Both the position numbers and the translations under genes were made by a program. From positions 1-34,183 of the forward strand of contig JAWSUI010000042.1 in NCBI GenBank assembly GCA_033551855.1: a stretch of 34,183 bases of DNA, read 5' to 3'. The stretch's first letter is position 1; each line of letters begins with the position of its first letter. The DNA comes from Deferrisomatales bacterium. Lineage in GTDB: Bacteria > Desulfobacterota > Deferrisomatia > Deferrisomatales > JACRMM01. This document shows, piece after piece, positions 1 through 9,025 of this stretch. The notes beneath the pieces were generated by a model. It was not told where the DNA came from. It did no database searches and saw nothing but the letters and a program-made list of their open reading frames with translations.

Positions 1-1
1 G

Positions 2-1486
2 GTGGGGCTGGAGCTCGAGGGGGGGGCATCGGTGCCGCCGGGCGCCGCGGTGTCCCCCTGGAACCCGGAGCCGTCCCCCGCCGAAGGGTCCGCGTCGCCG
101 GGCCGTGACCTGTGGTCCCCCGTCGGGTTCCCCGATCCGGCTCCTCCATCCCGCTCCCCCGCCTCCGGGCGCCCGCGTCCCCTCGTGATCGGCACCGGCC
201 CCGCCGGGCTCTTCGCGGCGCTGCGGCTGACCGCCCGCGGTGCCCCCCCGCTGGTGCTCGAGCGGGGAGACGCCCTGGACCGGCGCATCCGGGCCGTGGC
301 GCGGTATTGGAGGGAGGGGGAGCTGGACCCGGAGAGCAACGTCCAGTTCGGGGAGGGGGGCGCCGGGACCTTCTCGGACGGCAAGCTCACCTATCGGGGG
401 AAAGACCCTCGCAGGGAGTGGGTCCTTCGACAGCTGGTGGCGGCAGGGGCCACGGAGGAGGTGCTCTTCGACGCCCGGCCCCACCTGGGGACCGACCGGT
501 TGCGGGGGCTCCTGCGCAGGGTGCGTGCCGCCCTCGAGGCCGGGGGCGCCGAGGTGCGGTTCCGCACCCGGGTCGAGGGCCTGGTCCTCCGGGCGGGCCG
601 GGTGGTCGGGGTCCGGGCGGCCGGGGAAGTGCTGCCGGGCAAGCCGGTGTTCCTGGCGCCGGGACACAGCTCTCGAGATCTCGTCGCGGCGCTGGCCTCC
701 CAGGGGGTTCCCCTGGAGTCCAAGGGGTTCGCGGTGGGGTTGAGGGTGGAGGTCCCCCAGGCGCGGCTCGACCGGAACCAGTACGGCCGGTGGGCCGGGC
801 ACCCCGGACTGCCCGCCGCGGAATTCGGCGTGAAGGCCCGCACCCGGGAGCGCCGGGACGTGTACTCCTTCTGCATGTGTCCGGGGGGAGCGGTGATCCC
901 CGCCGGGAGCGAGCCCGGGGGGCTGGTGGTCAACGGCATGAGCGCCTCCGGCCGGACGGGGCGGTGGGCCAACGCGGCCCTGGTGGTCGGGGTGGGGCCG
1001 GGGGAGGCGGGTGCCGGCCCTCTCGCGGGGTACCGCTTCCAGCGGGAGTGGGAGGAGCGGGCGGCTTCCCTGGGAGGCCCCCGCGGCGTTCCCGCCCAAC
1101 GGGTGGCCGACTTCCTGGCGGGGCGACCCTCCCGGGACGTCCCCCGCACCAGCTGTCCCTGGCCGGCGGTCCCGGCGGACCTGCGCGGATGCCTGCCCGA
1201 CTTCGTCGCCGAGGCCCTGCGGGAGGCTCTGCCGGCCCTCATCCGGCAGGTGGGGGTCCTGGGGGAAGGGTGGTTGCTCGGGGTCGAGACCCGCACCTCG
1301 AGCCCCGTCCGCCTGGTTCGCGGGGAGGATCTCCAGTCCCCGGGATTTCCGTGCTTGTACCCGGTGGGGGAGGGCGCGGGTTACGCCGGAGGCATCGTGA
1401 GCGCGGCCGTGGACGGGGTCCGGGCGGTGGATGCCTTCCTGGCGGCGGCGGCCGGCGCGAGGGGGCCAAGCCCACGGAACTCTTGA
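2..1486 (+). CDS. FAD-dependent oxidoreductase/dehydrogenase (COG2509-like), 5' end probably outside the window
   Basis: Rossmann motif VIGTGPAG, NVQFGEGGAGTFSDGKL, SFCMCPGG, GVETRTSSP and GEGAGYAGGIVSAAVDG are typical of this family; the ORF is open from the window edge. Confidence 0.88.
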   Translation: MGLELEGGASVPPGAAVSPWNPEPSPAEGSASPGRDLWSPVGFPDPAPPSRSPASGRPRPLVIGTGPAGLFAALRLTARGAPPLVLERGDALDRRIRAVARYWREGELDPESNVQFGEGGAGTFSDGKLTYRGKDPRREWVLRQLVAAGATEEVLFDARPHLGTDRLRGLLRRVRAALEAGGAEVRFRTRVEGLVLRAGRVVGVRAAGEVLPGKPVFLAPGHSSRDLVAALASQGVPLESKGFAVGLRVEVPQARLDRNQYGRWAGHPGLPAAEFGVKARTRERRDVYSFCMCPGGAVIPAGSEPGGLVVNGMSASGRTGRWANAALVVGVGPGEAGAGPLAGYRFQREWEERAASLGGPRGVPAQRVADFLAGRPSRDVPRTSCPWPAVPADLRGCLPDFVAEALREALPALIRQVGVLGEGWLLGVETRTSSPVRLVRGEDLQSPGFPCLYPVGEGAGYAGGIVSAAVDGVRAVDAFLAAAAGARGPSPRNS

Positions 1487-1528
1487 CATGTTCGTGTGTT
1501 AGGGGCGAACTGCGGGCCCTCCGCCGCG

Positions 1529-1557
1529 TTGCAATCCCCGGACCCATCCCGTAGCAT
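1529..1557 (+). promoter_or_regulatory. Predicted sigma70 promoter for rpoH
   Basis: TTGCAA-17 nt-TAGCAT in the intergenic region. Confidence 0.55.
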
Positions 1558-1725
1558 GCACGGTGGTCCTCCGACGCGGCTGGTGCGGGAGGGCCGGTAG
1601 GCGTCTTTCCTCCCGGACCGCCCCGGACGCGCGCCCGTGCACGGGGGGCCCGAGAGGGGCTCGGCGCTTCACGGGACGCCGTCGCAAGGGGAGCTGCTTC
1701 CGGGAGAAGGGATCGGGACGTGTCG

Positions 1726-2772
1726 ATGGGTGGTCGAGAGAAGGAGCGAACGGGAGGCCAGGCGGGCCGGGGCGCGGCGGGGGAGTCCGTCGACGTGCTC
1801 GAGCCTGAGGTGCTCGAGCCCGAGGCGCTCGAGCCCGAGGCGGACAGGGCGCGGGGCGAAACGGAGGACCTGGGGCACGGCTACTTCGAGGAAGAGGACC
1901 TGGCCGCGATGCCGGCGACGGACCTGGTGGAGAGCGGACCCCTGCAGCAGTACATGGCGGAGGTGAGCCGCTATCCCCTGATCCCCCAGGAGGAGGAGGT
2001 CCGTCTGGCGCGCAAGTACCGGGAGGAAGGGGACCTGCGCGCCGCCTACACCCTCGTGCTGGCGAACCTGAGGCTGGTGGTGAAGATCGCCTACGAGTTC
2101 CGGCGCAACTTCTCGAACCTCATGGACCTCATCCAGGAGGGCAACATCGGCCTGATGCGGGCGGTGGAGAAATTCGACCCGTACCGCGGCGTCAAGCTCT
2201 CCTCCTACTCCGCCTGGTGGATCCGGGCGTACATCATCCGCTACGTCTTGAACAACTGGTCCCTGGTGAAGGTCGGCACCACCCAGAACCAGAGGCGCCT
2301 CTTCTTCAACCTCAAGAAGGTCAAGCGGGAGCTCGAGGCCGAGGGGTTTCGGCCCGAGCCCAAGCTGATCGCCTCCCGCCTCAACGTGAGGGAGGACGAG
2401 GTGATCGAGATGGAGAAGCGCCTGTCCGGCTCCGATGTGTCCCTGGACGCGCCCGTGGAGCCCGATTCGGACTCCTCGCGCATGGATTTCGTGGCCGACA
2501 CGGGGGGGGACGTGAGCGAGCAGCTCGCCGACCGGGAGCTCCGGCAGCAGGTGCGGGCCAAGCTGCGCGAGTTTCGCGAGGGGCTGGAGGAGCGCGAGAG
2601 GGCCATCTTCGACCAGCGCCTCCTGGCGGAGGAGCCCGTGACCCTGCGGGAGTTGGGCGAACAGTTCGGGGTCTCCCGGGAGCGGGTCCGCCAGCTCGAG
2701 GCGGATCTCAAGCGCCGGCTCCGGGACTTCCTGACGAAGGCCGAGGGGCTGGGGGAGGCGCTGCGTGGCTGA
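1726..2772 (+). CDS. rpoH: RNA polymerase sigma factor, sigma-32 (RpoH) family
   Basis: Region 2 DLIQEGNIGLMRAVEKFDP; RpoH box-like NWSLVKVGTTQNQRRLFFNL; region 4 TLRELGEQFGVSRERVRQLE. Start ATG 1726 (GTG 1720 is an alternative). Confidence 0.88.
   Translation: MGGREKERTGGQAGRGAAGESVDVLEPEVLEPEALEPEADRARGETEDLGHGYFEEEDLAAMPATDLVESGPLQQYMAEVSRYPLIPQEEEVRLARKYREEGDLRAAYTLVLANLRLVVKIAYEFRRNFSNLMDLIQEGNIGLMRAVEKFDPYRGVKLSSYSAWWIRAYIIRYVLNNWSLVKVGTTQNQRRLFFNLKKVKRELEAEGFRPEPKLIASRLNVREDEVIEMEKRLSGSDVSLDAPVEPDSDSSRMDFVADTGGDVSEQLADRELRQQVRAKLREFREGLEERERAIFDQRLLAEEPVTLRELGEQFGVSRERVRQLEADLKRRLRDFLTKAEGLGEALRG
1795..1839 (+). repeat. 15-bp tandem repeat x3 within the rpoH N-terminus (VLEPE-VLEPE-ALEPE)
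   Basis: gtgctcgagcctgag gtgctcgagcccgag gcgctcgagcccgag. Confidence 0.85.
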
Positions 2773-4132
2773 CGAGGCCTGGCGCCCGGAGCCCGGCGAG
2801 ATCCTCTCGGTCGGCGAGCTGGTGTTCCGGGCGCGCCAGTCCCTGGAGCAGGGGTTCGCCTCGGTGTGGGTGGAGGGGGAGGTGTCGAACCTGCGCCTCC
2901 CCTCCTCGGGTCATGCCTACTTCACCCTGGGAGACGGCCGGGCCCAACTGCGGGCGGTCTGCTTCCGGACGGTGCTGCGCCTGCTGCGGGTGCCTTTGGC
3001 CGATGGTGCCCGGTTTCTCCTCCGGGGGCGGCTCACCCTGTACGAGGCCCGGGGGGACGTGCAGCTCCTGGTCGAGGACATCGAGCCCCTCGGGGAAGGG
3101 CTCGCTCGGCTCGAGCTCGAGGCCCTGAAGAGAAGGCTCTCGGCCGAGGGGCTCTTCGACCCAGAGAGAAAGCGGCCCCTGCCCCCCCTGCCCGCTGCCG
3201 TCGGGGTCGTCACCTCCCCGACCGGCGCGGCCCTTCGGGACATCCTGGAGGTGCTCCGACGTAGGGCCCCCGGGGTGCACGTGCTCCTGGCACCCGCCCG
3301 GGTCCAGGGCGACGGCGCGGCGGAGGAGCTGCGCGAGGCGCTCTCCCTGGCCGCGGCCCACCCGGAGGTGGAGGTCATCGTGCTGGGCCGGGGGGGAGGC
3401 AGCGCCGAGGACCTCTCGGCGTTCAACGACGAAGCCCTGGTACGGGCGGTGGCGGCGTCGCCGGTGCCCCTGATCGCGGCGGTGGGCCACGAGATCGACG
3501 TGACCCTGGTGGACCACGCTGCGGACCTCCGGGCGCCGACGCCGTCGGCCGCTGCGGAGCTCGCGGTGAGGGAGTGGGGCCGCTGGGCCGAACAGGTGCG
3601 CGGGGCGGAAGCGCTCCTGGTGAAGGCGTTCCGCCAGGGCCTCGACCGGCGCCGCCGCCGGCTGGAGCGCCTCGACCCGGCCCTCCGGTCCCCGGCGGCC
3701 CGGCTCGCGGGGCTGCGGATCGGCGTGGATCGGAGCCTGGAGGCCCTCGATGCCGCCCTGCAGCGCCGCCTGCTGCGGGCCCGGACCCGGGTGGCCGCGG
3801 GCGAGGCCCGGCTGGCCGCCGGGTCCCCGGAGCGGCGGCTCGCCCAGGTGGGCGGCCGCCTGACGCGGCTGGAGGAGCGGTTGTGGGGCTGGCCCGCCTC
3901 CCTGGACCACCGGCGCCGGCAGGTCGCCCAGGAGGAGGTCGCGCTGGGCGCTCTGAGCCCGCTGGCGGTGTTGGGGCGCGGGTACGCCATCGCCCGGCGG
4001 GCCGGGGGCGAGGTGGTGCGGGATGCGGGCGCCTGCCGGCTCGGAGAGGATCTGGAAGTCTTGGTCGCCCGAGGCGCCGTGGACTGCCGGGTGACCGCGG
4101 TCCGGGCGGCGCGAGGCCCCCCCGGGCGCTGA
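2765..4132 (+). CDS. xseA: Exodeoxyribonuclease VII large subunit
   Basis: VWVEGEVSNLRLPSSGHAYFTL OB-fold, GRGGGSAEDLSAFNDE, AVGHEIDVTLVDHAADLRAPTPSAAAE, LSPLAVLGRGYAI. Confidence 0.96.
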   Translation: MADEAWRPEPGEILSVGELVFRARQSLEQGFASVWVEGEVSNLRLPSSGHAYFTLGDGRAQLRAVCFRTVLRLLRVPLADGARFLLRGRLTLYEARGDVQLLVEDIEPLGEGLARLELEALKRRLSAEGLFDPERKRPLPPLPAAVGVVTSPTGAALRDILEVLRRRAPGVHVLLAPARVQGDGAAEELREALSLAAAHPEVEVIVLGRGGGSAEDLSAFNDEALVRAVAASPVPLIAAVGHEIDVTLVDHAADLRAPTPSAAAELAVREWGRWAEQVRGAEALLVKAFRQGLDRRRRRLERLDPALRSPAARLAGLRIGVDRSLEALDAALQRRLLRARTRVAAGEARLAAGSPERRLAQVGGRLTRLEERLWGWPASLDHRRRQVAQEEVALGALSPLAVLGRGYAIARRAGGEVVRDAGACRLGEDLEVLVARGAVDCRVTAVRAARGPPGR

Positions 4133-4203
4133 CCCGCGGCGCTCGACCGGCACTGCCGGCGCTTCCCGGGGGCCTTGCGGGCCCCCTACCCCTCGGAGGG
4201 CCG

Positions 4204-4962
4204 ATGGCCTTCGCGAACGACGTCACCCGGGAGCTCCACATCAAGCTGGTCTATTGCGGGCCGGGCTCGTCGGGGAAGAAGACCAACCTGCTCGCCCTCC
4301 ACCGTCGGGCGGCCCCGGGCAGCGCGGGCCGGCTCATACGCCTGGCCGCCTTCCCGGAGGAAGGGCTGTACTTCGACCTCGTCCCGGGCGATCTCGGCGC
4401 CGTGGGGCGTCTTCGACCGCGCTTCCACCTGCACGCCGCCCCCGGGCAGGCCGTGCACGAAGCCGCCCGCCGGCTGGTGCTCCAGGGCGCGGACGGCGTC
4501 GTGTTCGTGGCGGACAGCGACCCCCTGCGCCTGGATGCCACCGTGGAGGCTTGGCGCAGCCTGCTCCGCCACGTCGCGGCGGACCCCCGTGGGCGGCCCC
4601 GGATCGCCTGTGTCCTCCAGTTCAACAAGCGGGACATCCCCGGGGCCGTCCCCGTCGAGGACCTGCGTCGGGAGCTGGCGGCGCCGGGCGTGCCGGGGCG
4701 GGAGGCGGTCGCCCGTCTGGGGGAGGGGGTCTGGGAGACCCTGCGGGACGCTGCGGTGGAGACCCTGCGGCTCCTGCGCCCGTTGCTCTCCGATCGGCCG
4801 GAATCCATCAGACATCGTGCGTCGGAGGCCGGGAGCCCCGGAGAGCAGCCCCGTGTCGCATCGACCGACCTGCCGGGTCCGGCGCGAACCGGTGAAGCCC
4901 GGCGGACCGGGGCCCGATGGGACACCCCTTCGATTCGCCGCGGATTGCGGGGCGAAACGTAG
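4204..4962 (+). CDS. MglA-like small GTPase paralogue with degenerate motifs; C-terminal tail runs into a repeat
   Basis: ATG 4204 after GGAGG; MAFANDVTRELHIKLVYCGPGSSGKKTNL...LYFDLVP...FHLHAAPGQ...LQGADGVVFVADS...LQFNKRDI aligns by eye with Myxococcus-type MglA. Confidence 0.8.
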   Translation: MAFANDVTRELHIKLVYCGPGSSGKKTNLLALHRRAAPGSAGRLIRLAAFPEEGLYFDLVPGDLGAVGRLRPRFHLHAAPGQAVHEAARRLVLQGADGVVFVADSDPLRLDATVEAWRSLLRHVAADPRGRPRIACVLQFNKRDIPGAVPVEDLRRELAAPGVPGREAVARLGEGVWETLRDAAVETLRLLRPLLSDRPESIRHRASEAGSPGEQPRVASTDLPGPARTGEARRTGARWDTPSIRRGLRGET

Positions 4963-5001
4963 GGGCTCCCGGACTTCGCGTGCCGAGCAGGCGGGGAATC
5001 C
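4881..5001 (+). repeat. Family A structured intergenic repeat, copy 1 (two hairpins)
   Basis: Similar over ~120 bp to the reverse complement of 9026-9146; hairpin GGGA-CCCCT-TTCGCC...GGCGAA-AGGGG-TCCC. Confidence 0.85.
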
Positions 5002-5017
5002 ACGTCGGGCCGCCCGG

Positions 5018-5045
5018 TTGACGCCGGGGGTCGCGGCACTATGCT
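5018..5045 (+). promoter_or_regulatory. Predicted sigma70 promoter for pcm
   Basis: TTGACG-16 nt-TATGCT; the ORF-track ATG at 5041 lies inside this -10 box. Confidence 0.6.
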
Positions 5046-5076
5046 GGGAGCGGACCCCAGGCCGACCCGAGCCGCC

Positions 5077-5739
5077 GTGAAACCAGCCAACGAACCGCAC
5101 AGGGAGTGGGATCGCCTTCGGGAGGAGATGGTGCGCCGCCAGCTTCGCGCGCGGGGCATCCAGGATCCCCTCGTGCTCCGCGCCATGGCACGGGTCCCCC
5201 GGCACGAGTTCGTCTCCGGGGGGCACCGGGCCATGGCCTACGACGACACGCCCCTTCCCATCGGGGAGGGCCAGACGATCTCCCAGCCCTACATGGTGGC
5301 CCTCATGACCGAGGCCCTGTGGCTGAAGGGCACCGAGAAGGTTCTGGAGGTGGGGACGGGGTCCGGCTACCAGGCAGCGGTGCTGGCGGAGATGGGGTGT
5401 ACGGTCCACACGCTCGAGCGGGAGGCCGGCCTGGCCCGCCAGGCGGCGTTGCGGCTGGAGCAGCTGGGGTACCGCGGAGTGGCCGTGCACGTGGGGGACG
5501 GGACCCTGGGTCTGCCGGAAGAGGCCCCCTTTCGCGGCATCGTGGTCACCGCGGGGGGCCCCCGCGTGCCCCAGGCGCTGCGGGCGCAGCTCGACCCGGA
5601 GGGCGGGGTGTTGGTGATTCCGGTGGGGGACCGCGGATACCAGGAGCTCGTTCGGGTGATCCGCAGGGGCGGGCGCTTCGCGGAGGAGAACCTCGGCGGC
5701 TGCCGCTTCGTGCCGCTGCTGGGCGAGGAGGGTTGGTGA
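5077..5739 (+). CDS. pcm: Protein-L-isoaspartate(D-aspartate) O-methyltransferase
   Basis: VPRHEFV, AYDDTPLPIGEGQTISQPYMVA, VLEVGTGSGYQAAVL, CRFVPL; start GTG 5077 inferred. Confidence 0.95.
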   Translation: MKPANEPHREWDRLREEMVRRQLRARGIQDPLVLRAMARVPRHEFVSGGHRAMAYDDTPLPIGEGQTISQPYMVALMTEALWLKGTEKVLEVGTGSGYQAAVLAEMGCTVHTLEREAGLARQAALRLEQLGYRGVAVHVGDGTLGLPEEAPFRGIVVTAGGPRVPQALRAQLDPEGGVLVIPVGDRGYQELVRVIRRGGRFAEENLGGCRFVPLLGEEGW

Positions 5740-5740
5740 C

Positions 5741-5857
5741 GTGCGCCGCGAGTTGCTGGTCATCGACATGCTCGAGGATTTCGTTGCGGAGAGCGGGGCC
5801 CTGCGGCAGAGGGGGAAGGTCCTCGGCCCCCGGGTAGCTGGGCGCTGCACGCCTTGA
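5741..5857 (+). pseudogene. N-terminal fragment of an isochorismatase/nicotinamidase-family cysteine hydrolase
   Basis: 38-aa frame VRRELLVIDMLEDFVAESGAL... carries the family N-terminal motif LLVIDMxxDF...GAL, then stops. Confidence 0.6.
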
Positions 5858-5883
5858 CCCCTTTTCGGGGCTGCTGCTAGCAT
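5854..5883 (+). promoter_or_regulatory. Predicted sigma70 promoter for moeA-mobB
   Basis: TTGACC-18 nt-TAGCAT with TGn extended -10. Confidence 0.5.
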
Positions 5884-5954
5884 CCGCGCTTCCGCTCGCG
5901 CCGCGGGCCTACCCACCTACCCGCCCGCCCACCCACCCACCCAGGGGAAGAGGC

Positions 5955-7199
5955 ATGATCTCCGTCACGCAAGCCATCGAGACCGTCCTCCGGGAGCTTC
6001 AGCCCCTGCCGCCCGAGAAGGTGCCGCTCCTCGACGCCCGGGGCCGGGTCCTCGCGGAGGACGTGCACGCTCCCCGGGATCTTCCCCCGCGGGACAACTC
6101 GGCCATGGACGGGTACGCCTGCCGGGGCGAGGACCTGTCGGGGGAAGTCCGGCTCCGCGTCGTGGACGAGGTCCAGGCGGGCGCCCGCAGGGAGCAGGGC
6201 CTCGGCCCCGGGGAGGCGGTCAAGATCATGACCGGGGCACCGGTTCCCCCCGGCGCCGACGTCGTCGTCCCGGTGGAGGACACCGACGGTGAGGAGGGGT
6301 GGGTGCGCGTCCGCAAGGTGCCGGCCCTCGGGGCCAACATCCGCCTCGCGGGGGAGGACGTGCGGGCGGGGGAGCTCGTCTTGCCCCGGGGCACCCCCAT
6401 CCGGCCTCCGGAGGTCGGGATGCTCGCCAGCCTGGGCCGCTCCCAGGTGTCGGTCCACCAGCGCCCCCGGGTCGCCATCCTGGCGACGGGGGACGAGATC
6501 GTGGAGCTCGACGCCTCGGTGGACGGCGGCAGGATCTTCAACTCCAACTCGTACGGCATCGCCGCCCAGGTGGCGGAGGCGGGGGGGGTGCCGGTGATTC
6601 TGGGGATCGGCCGGGACGACCCGGAGGGCCTGCGGGAGATGCTCGACCGGGCGGCGGGGGCGGACGTGGTGATCACGACCGGCGGGGTGTCCATGGGGGA
6701 TTACGATTTCGTCCGGCCGGTGCTCGCCGCCTCCGGGGTGGAGCTCGTCTTCTGGAAGGTGGGGATGCGGCCCGGTAAACCCGTGGTCTTCGGTACGAAG
6801 GGGCGCGTGCCGTTCTTCGGCCTCCCGGGAAACCCCGTGAGCGCCATGGTGGGCTTCGAGGAGTTCGTCCGGCCCGCCCTGCGCCGGCTCCAGGGCCACC
6901 GGAGCATCTTTCGGCCGGTGTGCGAGGCGCTCCTCGGGGGGGAGGCGGGGCCGGTGAAGGGCAAGGCCGGCCGCGTGGAGTTCGTCCGGTGCCGGGTGGA
7001 GCGCGACGGAGAGCAGCTCCGGGTCGTGAGCACGAAGAAGCGCAGCTCCGGCATCCTCAAGACCCTGGTCGAGGCCAACGCGCTCCTCATCCTCTCGGAG
7101 TCGTCGCCGGAGGCCGTACCGGGTGACCGGGTGCGGGTGCAGCTCTACGATCTGGGATTCCTGGAGGGAGAACGCCCGGGTCTATCGGGGCCGGAGTGA
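5955..7199 (+). CDS. moeA: Molybdopterin molybdotransferase MoeA
   Basis: DNSAMDGYA, KIMTGAPVPPGADVVVPVED, ILATGDE, TTGGVSMGDYDFV, MRPGKP, GLPGNPVSAMV. Confidence 0.96.
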   Translation: MISVTQAIETVLRELQPLPPEKVPLLDARGRVLAEDVHAPRDLPPRDNSAMDGYACRGEDLSGEVRLRVVDEVQAGARREQGLGPGEAVKIMTGAPVPPGADVVVPVEDTDGEEGWVRVRKVPALGANIRLAGEDVRAGELVLPRGTPIRPPEVGMLASLGRSQVSVHQRPRVAILATGDEIVELDASVDGGRIFNSNSYGIAAQVAEAGGVPVILGIGRDDPEGLREMLDRAAGADVVITTGGVSMGDYDFVRPVLAASGVELVFWKVGMRPGKPVVFGTKGRVPFFGLPGNPVSAMVGFEEFVRPALRRLQGHRSIFRPVCEALLGGEAGPVKGKAGRVEFVRCRVERDGEQLRVVSTKKRSSGILKTLVEANALLILSESSPEAVPGDRVRVQLYDLGFLEGERPGLSGPE

Positions 7200-7203
7200 C
7201 CCC

Positions 7204-7695
7204 TTGGTCGCCGTGTGCCTGGTCTGCGGGCCCTCCGGGAGCGGGAAGACCACCCTCGTGGAGCGGCTGATCCCGGCCCTGGCGCGCCGGGGGCTCCCCG
7301 CCGCCACCGTCAAGCACCACCGCGGCCGCATCCTGGTGGACCGGGAGGGGAAGGACACCTGGCGGCACCGCCGGGCGGGCGCGCGCGCCACCTTCCTGGT
7401 CACGGAGGGGGAGGTCGTGGCCTTCTTCGACCGGCCGCCCGAGCTCGACCCCGCGTCACTGGCGAGGCTGTGTCCCCCCGAGGTTCGCATCCTCCTGATC
7501 GAGGGGTTCAAGGGGCTGCAGGGCTACCCGCGCATCGAGGTCGTCCGGCGGGGAGTGGGGACGGCGGGGCCGTGGCTGCCGGAGGTGCTCTGTGCCGCCA
7601 CCGACGTGGAAGGCCTGGAGGCCCCCTTCCCGGTGGTCGGCCTGGACGACGTGGAGGCGGTCGCCGACGTGCTCCAGGGGCATTGCGGCGGGTAG
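7204..7695 (+). CDS. mobB: Molybdopterin-guanine dinucleotide biosynthesis protein B
   Basis: P-loop GPSGSGKTT, VKHH, DREGKDTWRHRRAGA, LIEGFK; directly after moeA; start (TTG 7204) uncertain. Confidence 0.88.
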   Translation: MVAVCLVCGPSGSGKTTLVERLIPALARRGLPAATVKHHRGRILVDREGKDTWRHRRAGARATFLVTEGEVVAFFDRPPELDPASLARLCPPEVRILLIEGFKGLQGYPRIEVVRRGVGTAGPWLPEVLCAATDVEGLEAPFPVVGLDDVEAVADVLQGHCGG

Positions 7696-7703
7696 TAAGT
7701 AGA

Positions 7704-8522
7704 TCAGTCCAGCCGGTAGACGAACTGGGCGAACAAGTGAAGGCGCTCGATGGTCCAGTGGCCGGGAAAGGGAGGCACCAGCGCCCGGCGGACGGCCTCC
7801 GCCGCCTCCCAGTCCAGGAGCGGGCTGCCCGAGCTCTCCACCACCTGAACGTCCTCCACCGCCCCGCCGGGAGCGAGGGAAAAGCGCAGGAGCACCCTGC
7901 CGCCCCCCTGCGCCGCCAGGATGGCCTCCTTCCAACGCCAGGTCCGATCGATGGAGGCCTCCACGTGGCCCAGGTACCCCTTGTACCGGGCGTCGGGGTC
8001 CTGGAGGCTGAGCGTGGCCTCCTTCGCTTCGGCGCCGGCCGGATCGGGCACCGGTGAGGGGCTCGTCGGGAGCCGGAGGTCTTCCGAGCGGGGGAAGAGG
8101 TGCGCCAGGGGGAGGGGTGGCGGCTCCCCCGGGTCCTCCGCGGTGACGGGCGGCGGGGTCTCTTCCGGGAGGAACGGGTCCTCGGGTTCGCCGGGCCGGT
8201 CGTAGGGCTCCGGTTCGGCCTGCCTCTCCGGGGCGGCCGCGAGCGGCCGTTGGGGCTCCTCCCGAAGGGGCGGGGGCTCGGGGGGCGCCCGGACCTCAGG
8301 CCGGCCGCCGTCCTCCCGCGGCTCGTCGGTCGTCTCCGCCGAGGTCTCGGACCCAGGGTCCCCTTCACCTTCCCCCGGCAGGTACTCGACGACGACGGGA
8401 GCAGGCGCGGGGATCGGGGTGTCCGGTCTGGGCGCGGGGCTCCACCAGGCCAGCGCCAGATGCACCCCCGCGGAGAGCGCCAGGGCGATGGCCGGGGGGA
8501 AGACATCGCGTCGGTAGTCCAT
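7704..8522 (-). CDS. TonB-family energy transducer (N-terminal TM anchor, Pro-rich linker, TonB C-terminal domain)
   Basis: ALSAGVHLALAWW (SxxxH TM motif), Pro/Glu-rich middle, VLLRFSL...VVESSGSPLLDWEAAEAVRRA..PPFP. Confidence 0.82.
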   Translation of the reverse strand: MDYRRDVFPPAIALALSAGVHLALAWWSPAPRPDTPIPAPAPVVVEYLPGEGEGDPGSETSAETTDEPREDGGRPEVRAPPEPPPLREEPQRPLAAAPERQAEPEPYDRPGEPEDPFLPEETPPPVTAEDPGEPPPLPLAHLFPRSEDLRLPTSPSPVPDPAGAEAKEATLSLQDPDARYKGYLGHVEASIDRTWRWKEAILAAQGGGRVLLRFSLAPGGAVEDVQVVESSGSPLLDWEAAEAVRRALVPPFPGHWTIERLHLFAQFVYRLD

Positions 8523-8529
8523 TCCTCGG

Positions 8530-8895
8530 TCAGCCCAAGCGCCGGGCCACGTCCAGGAGGTCCCGAAACCGGCAGAATTCCTCTCCGAGCTGGGCCGTGG
8601 CGGGAATCGCGAGGAGCTCCAGGCCGCCTGCCCGCGCGGCTTCGGTCAAGGCCTCCCGGAGGCGGGCGAGGACACCTGCGAGGGCCTGCTCCCCCCCGGG
8701 TCCCGCCTCGAGGCAGACCCAGCACGGCGTCCAATCGTTCGCCCCGCCCCGGGCCAGGCTCTCGCAGCCGCCGAGGCCGCCGAGGGGCTCGAGGCGACCC
8801 GTCAGGCCCTCGGGCAGGGCCGAGGGGGCCAACGCCCGGCGTACCCCTTCCAGGGCCCCCTGGGGCAGGCTGATCTCCAGAAGCACACGAACCAT
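8530..8895 (-). CDS. Hypothetical protein (~121 aa), upstream of the TonB gene
   Basis: ATG 8895 MVRVLLEISL...; globular-looking composition; stop 7 nt before the TonB start; promoter upstream. Confidence 0.55.
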   Translation of the reverse strand: MVRVLLEISLPQGALEGVRRALAPSALPEGLTGRLEPLGGLGGCESLARGGANDWTPCWVCLEAGPGGEQALAGVLARLREALTEAARAGGLELLAIPATAQLGEEFCRFRDLLDVARRLG

Positions 8896-8980
8896 GAGGC
8901 CGTCCCGATGGCAAGGCAGGGCGAAAGGACCCGCAGCCCCGCCCCCGACGTGGGTGCATCCCCCGGAAGCAGGCCGTTCC

Positions 8981-9009
8981 AGGGTAGGACACTTGCCTCT
9001 CGGGGGCAA
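8981..9009 (-). promoter_or_regulatory. Predicted sigma70 promoter for the hypothetical-TonB operon
   Basis: Minus strand TTGCCC-17 nt-TACCCT. Confidence 0.45.
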
Positions 9010-9025
9010 GGAGCGAGCCTCCCCT

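Noticed and set aside
1483..1512. Perfect TTGACA overlapping the oxidoreductase stop
   Set aside because: No acceptable -10 hexamer at 16-18 nt
4133..4203. xseB expected after xseA
   Set aside because: No small-subunit ORF is present; separation of xseA and xseB is common and unremarkable
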